DNA of 63,984 nucleotides, the filler included, from Alloascoidea hylecoeti (Eukaryota), in the NCBI GenBank assembly GCA_001600815.1. It is 11 parts of 9 records of this genome, joined end to end, with 100 filler letters (N's around TTAATTAATTAA, not from the genome) between each part and the next. Parts side by side here need not be neighbours in the genome. Positions count along the whole stretch, not along the records: positions 51,294 to 53,907 come from BCKZ01000020.1; positions 54,008 to 58,376 come from BCKZ01000020.1; positions 58,477 to 60,716 come from BCKZ01000024.1; positions 60,817 to 62,359 come from BCKZ01000026.1; positions 62,460 to 63,984 come from BCKZ01000047.1; 6 more parts are not named here. One strand, written 5' to 3'. Positions 53,350 to 63,984 of this stretch are shown here, piece after piece. The translations under genes were made by a program, and so were the position numbers. Numbering within the stretch: position 1 is the first letter of the stretch; each line of letters starts with the position of its first letter. The notes under the pieces are model-generated. The model had not been told where the DNA came from. It searched no databases and saw only the letters and a program-made list of their open reading frames with translations.

Positions 53350-53371
53350 AGAAGAAGAAGAAGAAGAAGAA
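53198..53371. repeat. Interrupted (GAA)n microsatellite, ~57 triplets
   Basis: Direct reading; CAA and GAG interruptions. Confidence 0.95.
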
Positions 53372-53565
53372 AAATATTGAATAGTTAAAATTGGGAATAT
53401 CAAAATAAAATTAATTTTATAGTTAGATACAATAATTAGAATGAAAAATAAATACAAGAAATGATTAAAAGTAGAATTTTTGAAAATTTAGATATATTCA
53501 TGAATAGGAAAAATAGTGTATATCCAAGGAACAGAAGAAGTAAGAATTAATGAAAGGCATACATC

Positions 53566-53907
53566 TTAAAGTAATATGCCAGCAAGAAAGATGACTGCGC
53601 CACCAATAGATGGGGTTCTAATTTTTAGATAATCAGCACCGTCGGTGTATGTTGGTGTCACCGCTGAAGTAGTACTACTTGGCTTAATACTTGAAGAATG
53701 TGTACTAGGTTTTTCTGATTTAGTTGTAGATCGAGTAGGAGTTTCAGTTTCGGTTGTTGGTTGGCAATCTGTTTTAGTACAAGAAGCGGTTTTAGTAGTG
53801 TACTCAGTGGTTGGTGTGACTTCAGTAGTATATTCCTCAGTTGTAGGTTCAGTTTCGGTTGTTGGTTGGCAATCTGTTTCAGTACAAGGAACGGTTGTAG
53901 TAGTGTA
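53566..53907 (-). CDS. C-terminus of a Thr-rich GPI wall-protein paralogue
   Basis: CT.TDCQPTTETE repeats; TYTDGADYLKIRTPSIGGAVIFLLAGILL*. Confidence 0.85.
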   Translation of the reverse strand, partial: YTTTTVPCTETDCQPTTETEPTTEEYTTEVTPTTEYTTKTASCTKTDCQPTTETETPTRSTTKSEKPSTHSSSIKPSSTTSAVTPTYTDGADYLKIRTPSIGGAVIFLAGILL

Positions 53908-54007
53908 NNNNNNNNNNNNNNNNNNNNNNNNNNNNNNNNNNNNNNNNNNNNTTAATTAATTAANNNNNNNNNNNNNNNNNNNNNNNNNNNNNNNNNNNNN
54001 NNNNNNN

Positions 54008-54466
54008 AGTAACATCTGTAGTACATTCTTCAGTTTCAGTTGTAGTCTTAGTAGTAGCTTCAGTGGTTGGTGGTCTGTAATCAGTGGTTGGTACGAGATG
54101 AGTAGTAACATCTGTAGTACATTCTTCAGTTGTAGTTTCAGTTTCGGTTGGGTGGCAATCTGTCTTAGTACAAGGGGCGGTTGTAGTAGTGTACTCAGTT
54201 GTAGGAACAACTTCGGTAGTACAATCTTCAGTCGTGGTAGTAGTGTATTCAGTGGTCGTAGTGGTAGCATTATCTTGGGTTGTAATTGGGAAGGTAGGGA
54301 AAACTGGAGTGACGTATGAAGTACTTTCTTCAGTTGCAGTTTCAGTATCACTTGGATGAACATCTGTAGTGCAAGAAGCAGTAGTGGTAGTTGTTATAGT
54401 GTCATTGCTAAATTGAGCAAGAGTTCTAACAGCAGCGGTGGCAATCAAAGTGTAGGAAAAATGCAT
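54008..54466 (-). CDS. N-terminus of a Thr-rich secreted wall protein (Sed1-like start); same family as, possibly the same gene as, 53566-53907
   Basis: Signal peptide ending LAQFSN; CTKTDCHPTETE and TTEYTTTT repeats. Confidence 0.85.
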
Positions 54467-57400
54467 CCTAATTTTCTATTCGAGAGTTGATATTGGCTAA
54501 TAGACATTCAATAGAAAAATGACGCTGTATAAATACTCAAACTTCAAATTTATCACATCAGTTGTTGATCCTATATTTAGATGAGAGACTATAAATAATT
54601 CATAGGAGCTGTATGGATCTGGCGTTTTGAGTGGTGTTGGAAAGGTGATATCTGGTTTACATCCTAATTATCTTGAATACCCACATATCCATATGCATCC
54701 AGGATAGGAGGTATTATCCAATGGTCTTTCAAAGCCTAATAAACCAGTTCATTAAACAATTGATGTTTTGATGGCTCGAAGTTATTCTTTCATGTAACTT
54801 TACGTACACGGCCAAACTTCTGTTAACATCTGTCGACGTTGGGTGAAAAGAAGTAATAAACATGTGGAAAAATGGCATCGCATATGTAATCTAATTATAA
54901 ACATCTCCTCATGCACTTGATTACGGCCATCTGATAAATATAATATTTGGCATGGATTTATTAATGGGTTACCTTACCTTGACTTGAGATGTTTAAGCAC
55001 ATACCTTTATAGTTAGAACATATGTCCAAGATTTTACTTATTATTATATGGTTGTACTTCGTAGTATAATATCATTTCTGTTGTAAATTTAGTCCGATTA
55101 ATTATGCTCCATTAATTGCACACAAATTGTGACCATTTGTATTGTCTTCATACCCAAACATATAACTTATAGTTATATATATAAGGACCTTATTAGTTTC
55201 TTGACTATATCCATATCCAAGTAACAAACTTAATTAAGTTTTGTGATCCTAACACGGTGGTATCTACCATTCGAATTCTATATTTTCAACGATTAATTGA
55301 TCTATGTTTGAGGCCTCTCTAAAAAGTTATATATACCGAAATTAGTATCAGAAAAATATATATATACATATGTCTCTCAAGTAACATATCAAAACTTTTG
55401 ACCGCACAAAAATTTCATTTATATGTAGTTAGTAGTTACAATCGACATAGTTTAAGCTCATAAAGCTTATAATAACGATTGGGAAATATGTATGTATGGC
55501 TTAGGAAATGTTTCTTTATTTATCCCAGGAGCTATAGTAAGTATAAGTACTTATGAAGACATGGTAACATTCAGCTTGTTACAGATATAATGTACTTCAT
55601 CACTTTTATACAAAGGAATGGTGAACATTCTTCGGCGGAAATAAACAAAAAATATGAAGCGCTTACAAAGTTAGCGGAAAATTAACTTACTAATTTATCG
55701 GCTTATTGAGCTAGAATCAGCATAAGGGGTAATACGAAATTGTGGAGGAGGCGATTGTTCGGAAATACACAACGGTCCCAACAATGAGGATAAAAGCCCT
55801 CCAGTCGAGTGGAAATTATATGGGTTTAAATTATGTATATTTACAATTTTGATACCACATCCTTTAAGGTTTTGTGAAGAATATCAGTATAGAGCAAGTG
55901 AAATTATTATGGAAACTAGGTTCTTTCCTTGTGAAACAGCTAATAGTCAGAAAGTTGTTACTTAGTGATGAATTTATAAGAACATCTACAATTGAATGGG
56001 ATCCAAAAAAGTTGATCATTTCGTTAAAATGTACATGTATATCACTCACCCATCGAAGGCTATCGCGCAGGGAGTCATTCAACTGTGGGAAAACACTTTA
56101 GAACATATTGAGGATAATAAGGAAAATATAAAATGTTAAATCTATATTTATAATTTACCGTATTTACTTTTTTAAGAAAAAGATGAAGGTAGGTTTAATT
56201 TGTAGGTGTTAAACATTACACATAAAACTTCAACTGTGTTAACCTATTAATATTATTATTATTATATACAGAGTAAATGAATAATGTGTTTTTGTGTTTA
56301 TTGCAAATTATATATTAATTATTATACAAACATGGACATCTGCGCAATCATCGCCGCAATTACGGTAATAAAATCAGCTTTGCTAGTAAATACATGAACT
56401 TCTTTATAATATAAATAAATACTATAGTGTTTCAGCCTATCATACATTGGATAACATAGGATTTGAAAAGAATCCTGAGAGAATAACTCTCTTCATTCGA
56501 ATTCAGGCTATTTATAGGTATTCCAGGTAGACCCTCGAGGCCCTGCATATAAGCACATACATAAGACCTTATGCAGCTATGTTTATAGACATGAATTAAC
56601 ATTATATTCATCATTAAAATGTTTTGATCTTGCCCTATCACTTCAGCATTTTTTTACTACCTTGGGGTAAGCTGAATCATGAGGATAAAGAAGACAGCTT
56701 TTCTATGGGAAGAAAAAAGCTTGGATTTAACCTACTGATCGTCGCCAAATACAATAGTATTAAAGGAAATCAAACGATAACTCATCAACAATAAAGGGAT
56801 TATTCTTATACGGTAGATTCAAGATATTGATAAATTGATAACCTATAATAAACCTTTTTTGTAGAAAGTCAGCAGAACAGGACATATAGTCGGCAAAGAC
56901 TCTGCACATTTGACGGTGAGAAATTGAAAATATACGTGTGTGATAAATTTATGAAACTATGAAAAAATTGAATTAAAGATTTCAGGAGAAGCATACAGAT
57001 TTGTAATTAGACACATCACCATGATTCTCGGACAGACTCAGAACATATACATAAAGGTCACATAATATTTTCAGTATAATTTTTTTTTGTTTTTAATACA
57101 TCGACTAATATGTTTTTAAGATAATTTGGTCTACTAGAAACTTTTCCAATAACCCTGGAATGCATATTAACGGGTAATGCCGGTGCCCGATTACATGCGG
57201 CTGAATATGTAGGAGGATGGCCGAAATATTCTGCAACATTTTGACTGCACGTTTGGCCATAAAAATGATTAATATTTAGTTGTATGGTCGAAATATATTC
57301 GCTTTATGCAATAAATATCCATCCCCATACACCACTAATTAAACATTTCTATACTTTCAGACTGAGCCGTAAGTATATACATATATAATACAACTAAAGT

Positions 57401-58151
57401 ACAGAGAAGTTAATTAAGAAGATTATTTATAATTTAGTTCAAACGCTCCAGTGTATCTAGTTCCGTGGCCAATTATGGGGGATGTTGACCACAACACATG
57501 GTATGTAATGTGATAAGGAATACAACTGTTACCATACATCTTTTCTTTTCCAATTGTTAAATTTAAAAACTTATAATCCACCACCCCTTACAATAGGGAC
57601 GAAGAGAGAATAGGAATGAATTGGAATAAACAATATAAGAAGTAACAATATTTACGGAATAAAGTAGGATTTAGTGCATTAATAAGGGAAAGTCGAAATA
57701 AAAGGACTGGCTATAAGATCCAGATAGATAAATCGAAAGTGATAGTGGTGTGATTGTCGACATGAATTGTAGAATGTAATTATTATAAGTCAGGTAACAG
57801 AATTGTAATATAAACTAGATTCATATCATTCTATTTAAATTTAAGATTAAAAAGGTGATGTTTATTAAAATTAACTATCAAAGTAAATAATTTATAAAAA
57901 ATTAGCCAGGGAAAAGAAGACTTCAAATAAAAAGTTCATATTATAATAAATAGGAGAATAAAAGCCCAAACAAGAAAATTAACAATCAGAATAAAAAAAT
58001 AAATATGTGAAAGTGAAAAGTAAAATATCTATTCACGAGAAACATTAAAGAAGTGATTAACAATAGAATTTATGAAAAATTAGATGAACTACACAAATAT
58101 AGTATATCCGAGGAACAAGAAGTAAAAATTAAAGTAATAAATGGCATACAT

Positions 58152-58376
58152 TTAAAGGAAAATCCCAGCAAGGAGGAGGACTGCACCACCGATAGATGGA
58201 GTTCTGATATTTAGATAATCAGCACCTCCAGTATATGTTGGAGTGACTACTGGAACAGTAGTAGAAGCGATTGGAGTAGGGGTACAATCTGTGCATTTAG
58301 GTGGAGGAACTTCAGTGGTTGGAGGAACTTCAGTGGTTGGAGTTGGAGGAACTTCAGTAGTTGGAGGAACTTCAGT
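58152..58376 (-). CDS. C-terminus of a GPI wall protein nearly identical to 51294-51518
   Basis: Same TTEVPP repeats and GGADYLNIRTPSIGGAVLLLAGIFL* tail; diverged homologous 3' flank. Confidence 0.85.
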   Translation of the reverse strand, partial: TEVPPTTEVPPTPTTEVPPTTEVPPPKCTDCTPTPIASTTVPVVTPTYTGGADYLNIRTPSIGGAVLLLAGIFL

Positions 58377-58480
58377 NNNNNNNNNNNNNNNNNNNNNNNN
58401 NNNNNNNNNNNNNNNNNNNNTTAATTAATTAANNNNNNNNNNNNNNNNNNNNNNNNNNNNNNNNNNNNNNNNNNNNCATA

Positions 58481-60211
58481 ATGAATACTGGTAGTCTCAA
58501 CAAAAGTAGCAGTAAGCGCCAAACTCGTACTGGTAGTCTCAAAACAATTACCAGTAAGTCTACAACAGCAAGTGGGGTTACGTCGAAAAGAAACAAATTA
58601 AGTGATTATATGAAGGAGATTATTTTCGAACTCGATGGAGAACTAGTGCTGGATTTTAAAAACGAACCGTGGGTCAAGGAAATGTTACGGGTAGTAAAAG
58701 ACCCTATATATATAGGGTTAAATAATCAATTGGTGTCAATTCTGGATACAAAATCGTTCCTTAAAAGAGAATTGCAAGAAGCAGACGTCTACCAATTTCT
58801 TCTTTTGAAGCTGTTTACTCCCTGCCTCAAGATTTTTAATACATTAACGAGTTCATCATATTTAACCGTCAGTGGAGAACGACCCGGAGTAATAAACCAA
58901 TTAAAAGGAAGAAAGGTAAAATTAACTACATTATCAGATTTGGTGATTTATCATATGGATGAGCCTCTCATCACCATAGAATTGAAAAGGCCTATATTAA
59001 CTGAAATGGTCGGCGACATCAACCATTTTTCAATGAACTCTGATTTTAAAGTAAGAGTTGATGAAGTACTGCAACAGTGCTTAACATTAANGACGCCATT
59101 TGGCATCCTTAGTGACGGTTTTATAATGTTCTTTTTACAAATATGTACTACTGGTATTGGTCTAGAGGAAGGTGAAGAAAATTCGATAGTTCTTTACAAA
59201 ACACTCAAAATCAATTACAAAATTATTAAAACTGAGAACCAAAATGTTTTATCAACATTATTATGTTTTATAAAAAAATCTATTGATTTTTTCGATCGTT
59301 ACACTAGAAACAAAGTTGAAGAAGAGATGCAACATATTGCTAACGCAATAGCTAAAATTCCTGGTGAAATCATTAAAGATGAAATAAAATCTAGAAAAAA
59401 TTTAAAAGATTTATTTTTGAAATCCGTATATTTTAGAAAAAAAGAAGGACATTTTACTTGCCAAATGGATTTAAAAATAAATATTAATTTAATCCCATTA
59501 GAGGATCGAATTCAATATTCTCAAGAATATCAATATCATTCCCAAGTATTGGTTTTCAATGGTACAACAATTATCGAAGCTACTGGTGGAATCTGTTGCT
59601 TTAATCTTATAGAAAACAAAAAATATATTCTGAAGATAATTGATCCAGTTACCTGTNNTANNNTTGANAGAGGNTTGAATGAGATGGCNAAACATTGTTA
59701 TGAGTGTTATGAGAATGAACTAGATAGTTACTTGTTAGTAGCAGGTGACGAAAGATTTAAAAAGATTGTCCCTACTCTTTATGGAATAGGGTTTTGTACT
59801 GTTTGTGACAATGATATTATTTGTAGTTCTGGTTTATTTCTTCTAATAGAATTCATAGAAGGGGAAAAACCTGATTTCTTAGATAAAGGTGTTTTCGACA
59901 AAGCCGANAAAAATTTGAATTTGTTACATAAACAGGGAATAATTCATGGTGACATAAGAAGATCTAACATGAAGGTCACAGCAGATAAAGAGGTGTACTT
60001 TTTTGACTTTGGCTTTGGAAACACAGCTCAAAGAACAAAAACAAAAACAAGAAAAAGAAAAGGAGCAAGAATTAGTAGAGAAACCGCTCGTCGTCGAAAA
60101 GAGGAAGACTTGACCAAATTACAAAATATCAGGGAAGAAGCATTAAAAAATGAAAAATATAAATTGCCACAGAATTTAGGAACAAAAAGAAAAAGGTCAG
60201 ATAATTTGTAA
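58481..60211 (+). CDS. PD-(D/E)xK restriction-endonuclease-like domain fused to an atypical protein kinase (Spok/Crinkler-like architecture)
   Basis: SDLVI..LITIELKRP..QQCL..FGILSDG..FFL (nuclease); YILKI, ENELDSY, VPTLYG, LLIEFIEG, LHKQGIIHGDIRRSN, YFFDFG (kinase); basic NLS-like tracts. Confidence 0.8.
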   Translation: MNTGSLNKSSSKRQTRTGSLKTITSKSTTASGVTSKRNKLSDYMKEIIFELDGELVLDFKNEPWVKEMLRVVKDPIYIGLNNQLVSILDTKSFLKRELQEADVYQFLLLKLFTPCLKIFNTLTSSSYLTVSGERPGVINQLKGRKVKLTTLSDLVIYHMDEPLITIELKRPILTEMVGDINHFSMNSDFKVRVDEVLQQCLTLXTPFGILSDGFIMFFLQICTTGIGLEEGEENSIVLYKTLKINYKIIKTENQNVLSTLLCFIKKSIDFFDRYTRNKVEEEMQHIANAIAKIPGEIIKDEIKSRKNLKDLFLKSVYFRKKEGHFTCQMDLKININLIPLEDRIQYSQEYQYHSQVLVFNGTTIIEATGGICCFNLIENKKYILKIIDPVTCXXXXRXLNEMXKHCYECYENELDSYLLVAGDERFKKIVPTLYGIGFCTVCDNDIICSSGLFLLIEFIEGEKPDFLDKGVFDKAXKNLNLLHKQGIIHGDIRRSNMKVTADKEVYFFDFGFGNTAQRTKTKTRKRKGARISRETARRRKEEDLTKLQNIREEALKNEKYKLPQNLGTKRKRSDNL

Positions 60212-60251
60212 TCGGCTATATTTAACTTTTTATGATTTTGCTTTATTTATT

Positions 60252-60560
60252 TTATTCTATGAATTGCTGAGGAACTTTGCTAAGTAATAATAATCTTGTC
60301 TGAAGCCTTAATCTTGATCTTGTGTATGAAGGAGTTGATATCTCACCACCATGTCCAATTAATGAAAATAAAATTTTAAAAACAGGATCAGCTTGATGTG
60401 TTGCATCTTCAGAAGATTCTTCATAAATTTTTAAACGATTAACAAATAATTTTAAAACATAAATATTTGCTAAATTCTCTGTATTAATTATCATTTAACT
60501 ATAATTGATCATTTTCTTCATATATTGAAATATCATTTTTCAAAAGAAATAGGATGTGAA
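60252..60560 (-). pseudogene. Internal fragment of cohesin regulator PDS5
   Basis: LLKND..EEND..*..; IYVLKLFVNRLK..HQADPVFKILFSLIGHGGEISTPSYTRSRLRL matches the recalled Pds5/BimD segment ALKILVNRL..PV...L..LI...GEL...TP...SRLRL; homology ends abruptly on both sides. Confidence 0.65.
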
Positions 60561-60816
60561 TATATAGCAGATGAAATTAGGAAAAATATAATATGTTATC
60601 AATACTTTGTTCACTTGTTCCCTTTAAACGTTTACTCATGGAGTAGTACGTGGAGATTCGGTGATGTGTTTTGTAGTCCTTGATATTGTTGTAATAGATG
60701 GACATTGTATATTTCANNNNNNNNNNNNNNNNNNNNNNNNNNNNNNNNNNNNNNNNNNNNTTAATTAATTAANNNNNNNNNNNNNNNNNNNNNNNNNNNN
60801 NNNNNNNNNNNNNNNN

Positions 60817-61227
60817 CCATAATGATGGAGACTGGGTAGTAATGATTGTTCCAATTCCAGCTAATTGAAATATTAGCGTTTTAATATTGATTGAATAGTG
60901 TATATATTCCACTTGCAAGTACATACGCTGATAATAGCATTCTTGATACGGAGAACCAGTCTCAAATACCCTATAAGCCTTTAAAACATTCGAGTATGGT
61001 TCAGGACCAAAATAATTAGTAGTCCCATCGAAGCACATTACAATATTTTTTGGATCACCCCAGTTTTGGCCAACTTGAGTAGATTTCGATATTAAGCCAT
61101 CGGTGCCAACTGGGGTTCTCAATCTAAAAGATCGTAATTTTGGTTGTTTTGAAATAGAAGTTGATACCGATGTTGTTGTCGCAGTTCCAGCTACTGCTGA
61201 TGTTGATGATTCTGGTAGATTGTCCAT
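60817..61227 (-). CDS. DUF2235 / Tle1-like alpha-beta hydrolase (YEL023C-like) N-terminus; intron 60861-60926
   Basis: KNIVMCFDGT..F..SNVLK..Q.CYYQPGIGT after splicing GTATGT..GCTAAT..TAG. Confidence 0.85.
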
Positions 61228-62459
61228 GAATGTGGAATTTTATAATTAAAGCTTTATTTTGAGGTTTCAAATTAAAGATCTGAACGGATTTTTATATTTC
61301 ATCACTATTGATTCATATAGCTCAGATTCTACAAGGAGCTATATATGACAGATAACGCTCCTTAATAGGACAAAAGTTTTCTTAAAAGGAATATTCGTAC
61401 GAAACTGGAAACAGGGTTAATCAAAATTATGGTTTTCAAATCATGGTCAGAGCTAACTATTTACTATTTATAGTATCACGTGATACATACTAGGGCTAAA
61501 CCACATGAACATGATGGATAGTTTTCCTTTCAATACCTGGAACCTAATTGCATTGCCCGGGCTTTAATAGAAATAATAATAATAATAATAGAAATTACCG
61601 GTAAATCATAGAGTGATTATAGGTATTTTTCCAAAATTGTAGTATAGGTCTGATTTTTGACTGAACTCTATCTCATAGAGCACAGTTATCACCTTAATTC
61701 GCTACATAATTCATCGTTATTTAACCATTCATAAATTTCCGCTATTATTCTTAAGTTCACCAATTCGCAGAAGTCTGGTTTTGTGATTTATCACACTACT
61801 TCCGGATCTCTAATACGTTATCGATTACACTCGAATATATTAACATTATATTCACATCTTTAGAGTATTGATTGATATTGGTACTAAACTATCTAGTACT
61901 CCACATCTATTTCTGACAGCAAATTATCCTATATCCTTTCTTAATTATATTTGTATTAATTAATATACCCATTTTTTCCATCATATTGCGAATTCACAGT
62001 TTTTTCCTTTGCCCGATCCTAAATTATCTTTACTATTAACTACCACACAAATAACAAATGTGTAGGCCTATGTGTCTGAATTACTATTTTTCACACCACA
62101 TGCCAAAAATATTAGTTATATTATATGAAAAATCTACTTAGAGAATTATGGTTCACAAATTTATAAGCTTGAGATGTTGACCTTATATCTATTGACGTTT
62201 ATAAATTATAGCCTACGATCATTTTATGATGGATCGTTAATAATTTTTATATAATCATCAGGGGTAGTCTCATTTTCACCAATACGATTATCAAAAGATG
62301 ATGGTAAATTTGTAGGTTTATAACTATTAACCAGTCTCATTCTCCATCTAACACTCCAANNNNNNNNNNNNNNNNNNNNNNNNNNNNNNNNNNNNNNNNN
62401 NNNTTAATTAATTAANNNNNNNNNNNNNNNNNNNNNNNNNNNNNNNNNNNNNNNNNNNN

Positions 62460-62606
62460 CATTGATAATTCTACCGAATTGATTGTCGTCTGTTTGTTTC
62501 CCGTGACAACGATCCTATTACCCTTACTTGTCTCTGGTACCGCGCCGCTACCATGTTGGCTTATGGGCTCATCTGTGGCGATGTCCTTGGATTGTTTTGG
62601 AGGCAT
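62460..62606 (-). CDS. Hypothetical protein N-terminus (MPPKQSKD...), truncated at contig end
   Basis: Open from ATG to the gap; low-complexity leader. Confidence 0.4.
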
Positions 62607-62724
62607 AATTGGTAATAAATTTATATTATAAAGAACGTGTGTTTTTCTAAAACTAAATTTATTACCAATTATGCCTCCAAAACAATCCAAGAACATCGCC
62701 ACAGATGAGCCCATAAGCCAACAT
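62553..62724. repeat. 71-bp inverted repeat with one mismatch and a 30-bp loop
   Basis: 62553-62623 versus reverse complement of 62654-62724. Confidence 0.95.
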
Positions 62725-62769
62725 ATAGGCATCTAATTTACACGTCTTTTTGTATGACAAGGTAGTATG

Positions 62770-63174
62770 CCGGGACATAAAAGGCATATGATAATTACGC
62801 GAGCAGAAATGCGAAGTTATCTTGTTTTTGATGAGTAATTTTAAGNAAGGATCTTTTTGAACGCGTTCGTATACTAGATCATCCATCACGAAACCGTTTT
62901 AAATTAGCGGCACACCCATTTTTCGAGAAAAACAGCCTCCGAACAATCTCCTGCTCCTCAAGGGGCGTTAGAACCATTTGAGAAAAATGGGAAGGGAATG
63001 CTTGTGTGATGATGAACCATTGAAACGATCGCTTAAAGCTGATCTTGGAACAGAGAATTTTTTAGAAACCTTCTGGAACGACTGATTCATGTGTTTTCGC
63101 TTATAATCGACAGCCGCGTTGACTAACATATTCTGACGCTCATTCTCATTCCGCACAGATCTTGTACGAGCCAT
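62770..63174 (-). mobile_element. 5' fragment of a pogo/Fot1 (CENP-B-like) transposase, frameshifted; same family as the 43-kb relic
   Basis: HTH_psq-like SFQKVSKKFSVPRSALSDRFNG, then LTPLEEQEIV and KNGCAANL..FR (compare ENGCVVNL..FRE at ~43130). Confidence 0.75.
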
Positions 63175-63984
63175 TTAAACTTATGATGGCGGTTTGGTGG
63201 CAATTTAAAGACGAAGTACTTTTATATGCTCCCGATTATCGCGTTTTGGGATGGCTGGTTATAATTCCTCAAACCACCCTATTTCTCGCGCCTTACGAAA
63301 GTAGGCTTCATAAATCTAGTTCTAATATATTATATGAACTTCGACTCATCCAATGATACCCGAATAAAAAATTTCCAGCTAATAATAGATACCGAAAATT
63401 ATGTTGAAAGACTGGTGCTGCTGACTCTAATAATCTAAATACTTTAAGTCGGAGAGAAAATCCCACTCCACAGCAGAAAACACAAAACTTGTATATTGAA
63501 AAATCATTATCAGAATTATAAGATTAAATGGATTTTAGTGATAGTATTGAATTTAATTTATATTAGTTTTTGGTTAAGAAAATGGTGGTTGAAAATATCG
63601 ATTATATTGTGTCCGGAATCCTGGTACCGTCCGGTATCTACAGACTTGACGGTATATCTAAGAAATGTATACGTAATACAAATTTGCAAATATAGACTTT
63701 TATAATATGTATCAAATAGTTTTATAACTATCTTCATGTTTTTATAAAGCATATAGATATAATCGGATATAAAATAATCGTGTCGCAAGTTTTTAAACCC
63801 TATATCTATCTCTATCCTATTCTTCTACTACGTTAATGACTTTTCCACTCATATTTGTTGGTATTTAATTGATGCTTTTAACCTTCTAACACTACTTTAA
63901 TTCTGAAAACTACAAGAGTTGATTAGTCATTAAACTTAACATTGCTTAATCTAATCCGAATGAAGGGTATTTCAACGTCTGCAC

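Noticed and set aside
53101..53457. Poly-Ser ORF, and the poly-Thr ORF at 33340-33540
   Set aside because: Products of microsatellites.

Overview
AT-rich eukaryotic DNA from a budding yeast (Saccharomycotina-type genes, short GT-AG introns with TACTAAC-like branch points). It is a concatenation of at least 11 contigs or scaffolds joined by an artificial N44-TTAATTAATTAA-N44 linker, so adjacency across a linker is not biological. The first scaffold carries a disrupted subtilisin gene, a tandem-CFEM Rbt5/Csa1-like GPI protein and a housekeeping block (ISU1, SPP1, MCP1, DHA1-type MFS transporter, ARO9-like aminotransferase, gamma-tubulin, CBR1). The second carries ubiquitin and an 8-exon RIM4. 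The smaller contigs are accessory: Tc1/pogo/copia relics, MITEs, Thr-rich GPI wall-protein paralogues and Zn2Cys6 transcription-factor pieces. Most notable: (i) an open 576-aa PD-(D/E)xK nuclease plus atypical kinase fusion resembling Spok meiotic drivers and Crinkler-type effectors, next to a PDS5 fragment; (ii) recurring captured host-gene fragments with deletions (SMC4, PDS5, subtilisin); (iii) inverted duplications of coding sequence that could form hairpin RNA. All family calls come from reading motifs by eye; no searches were run.
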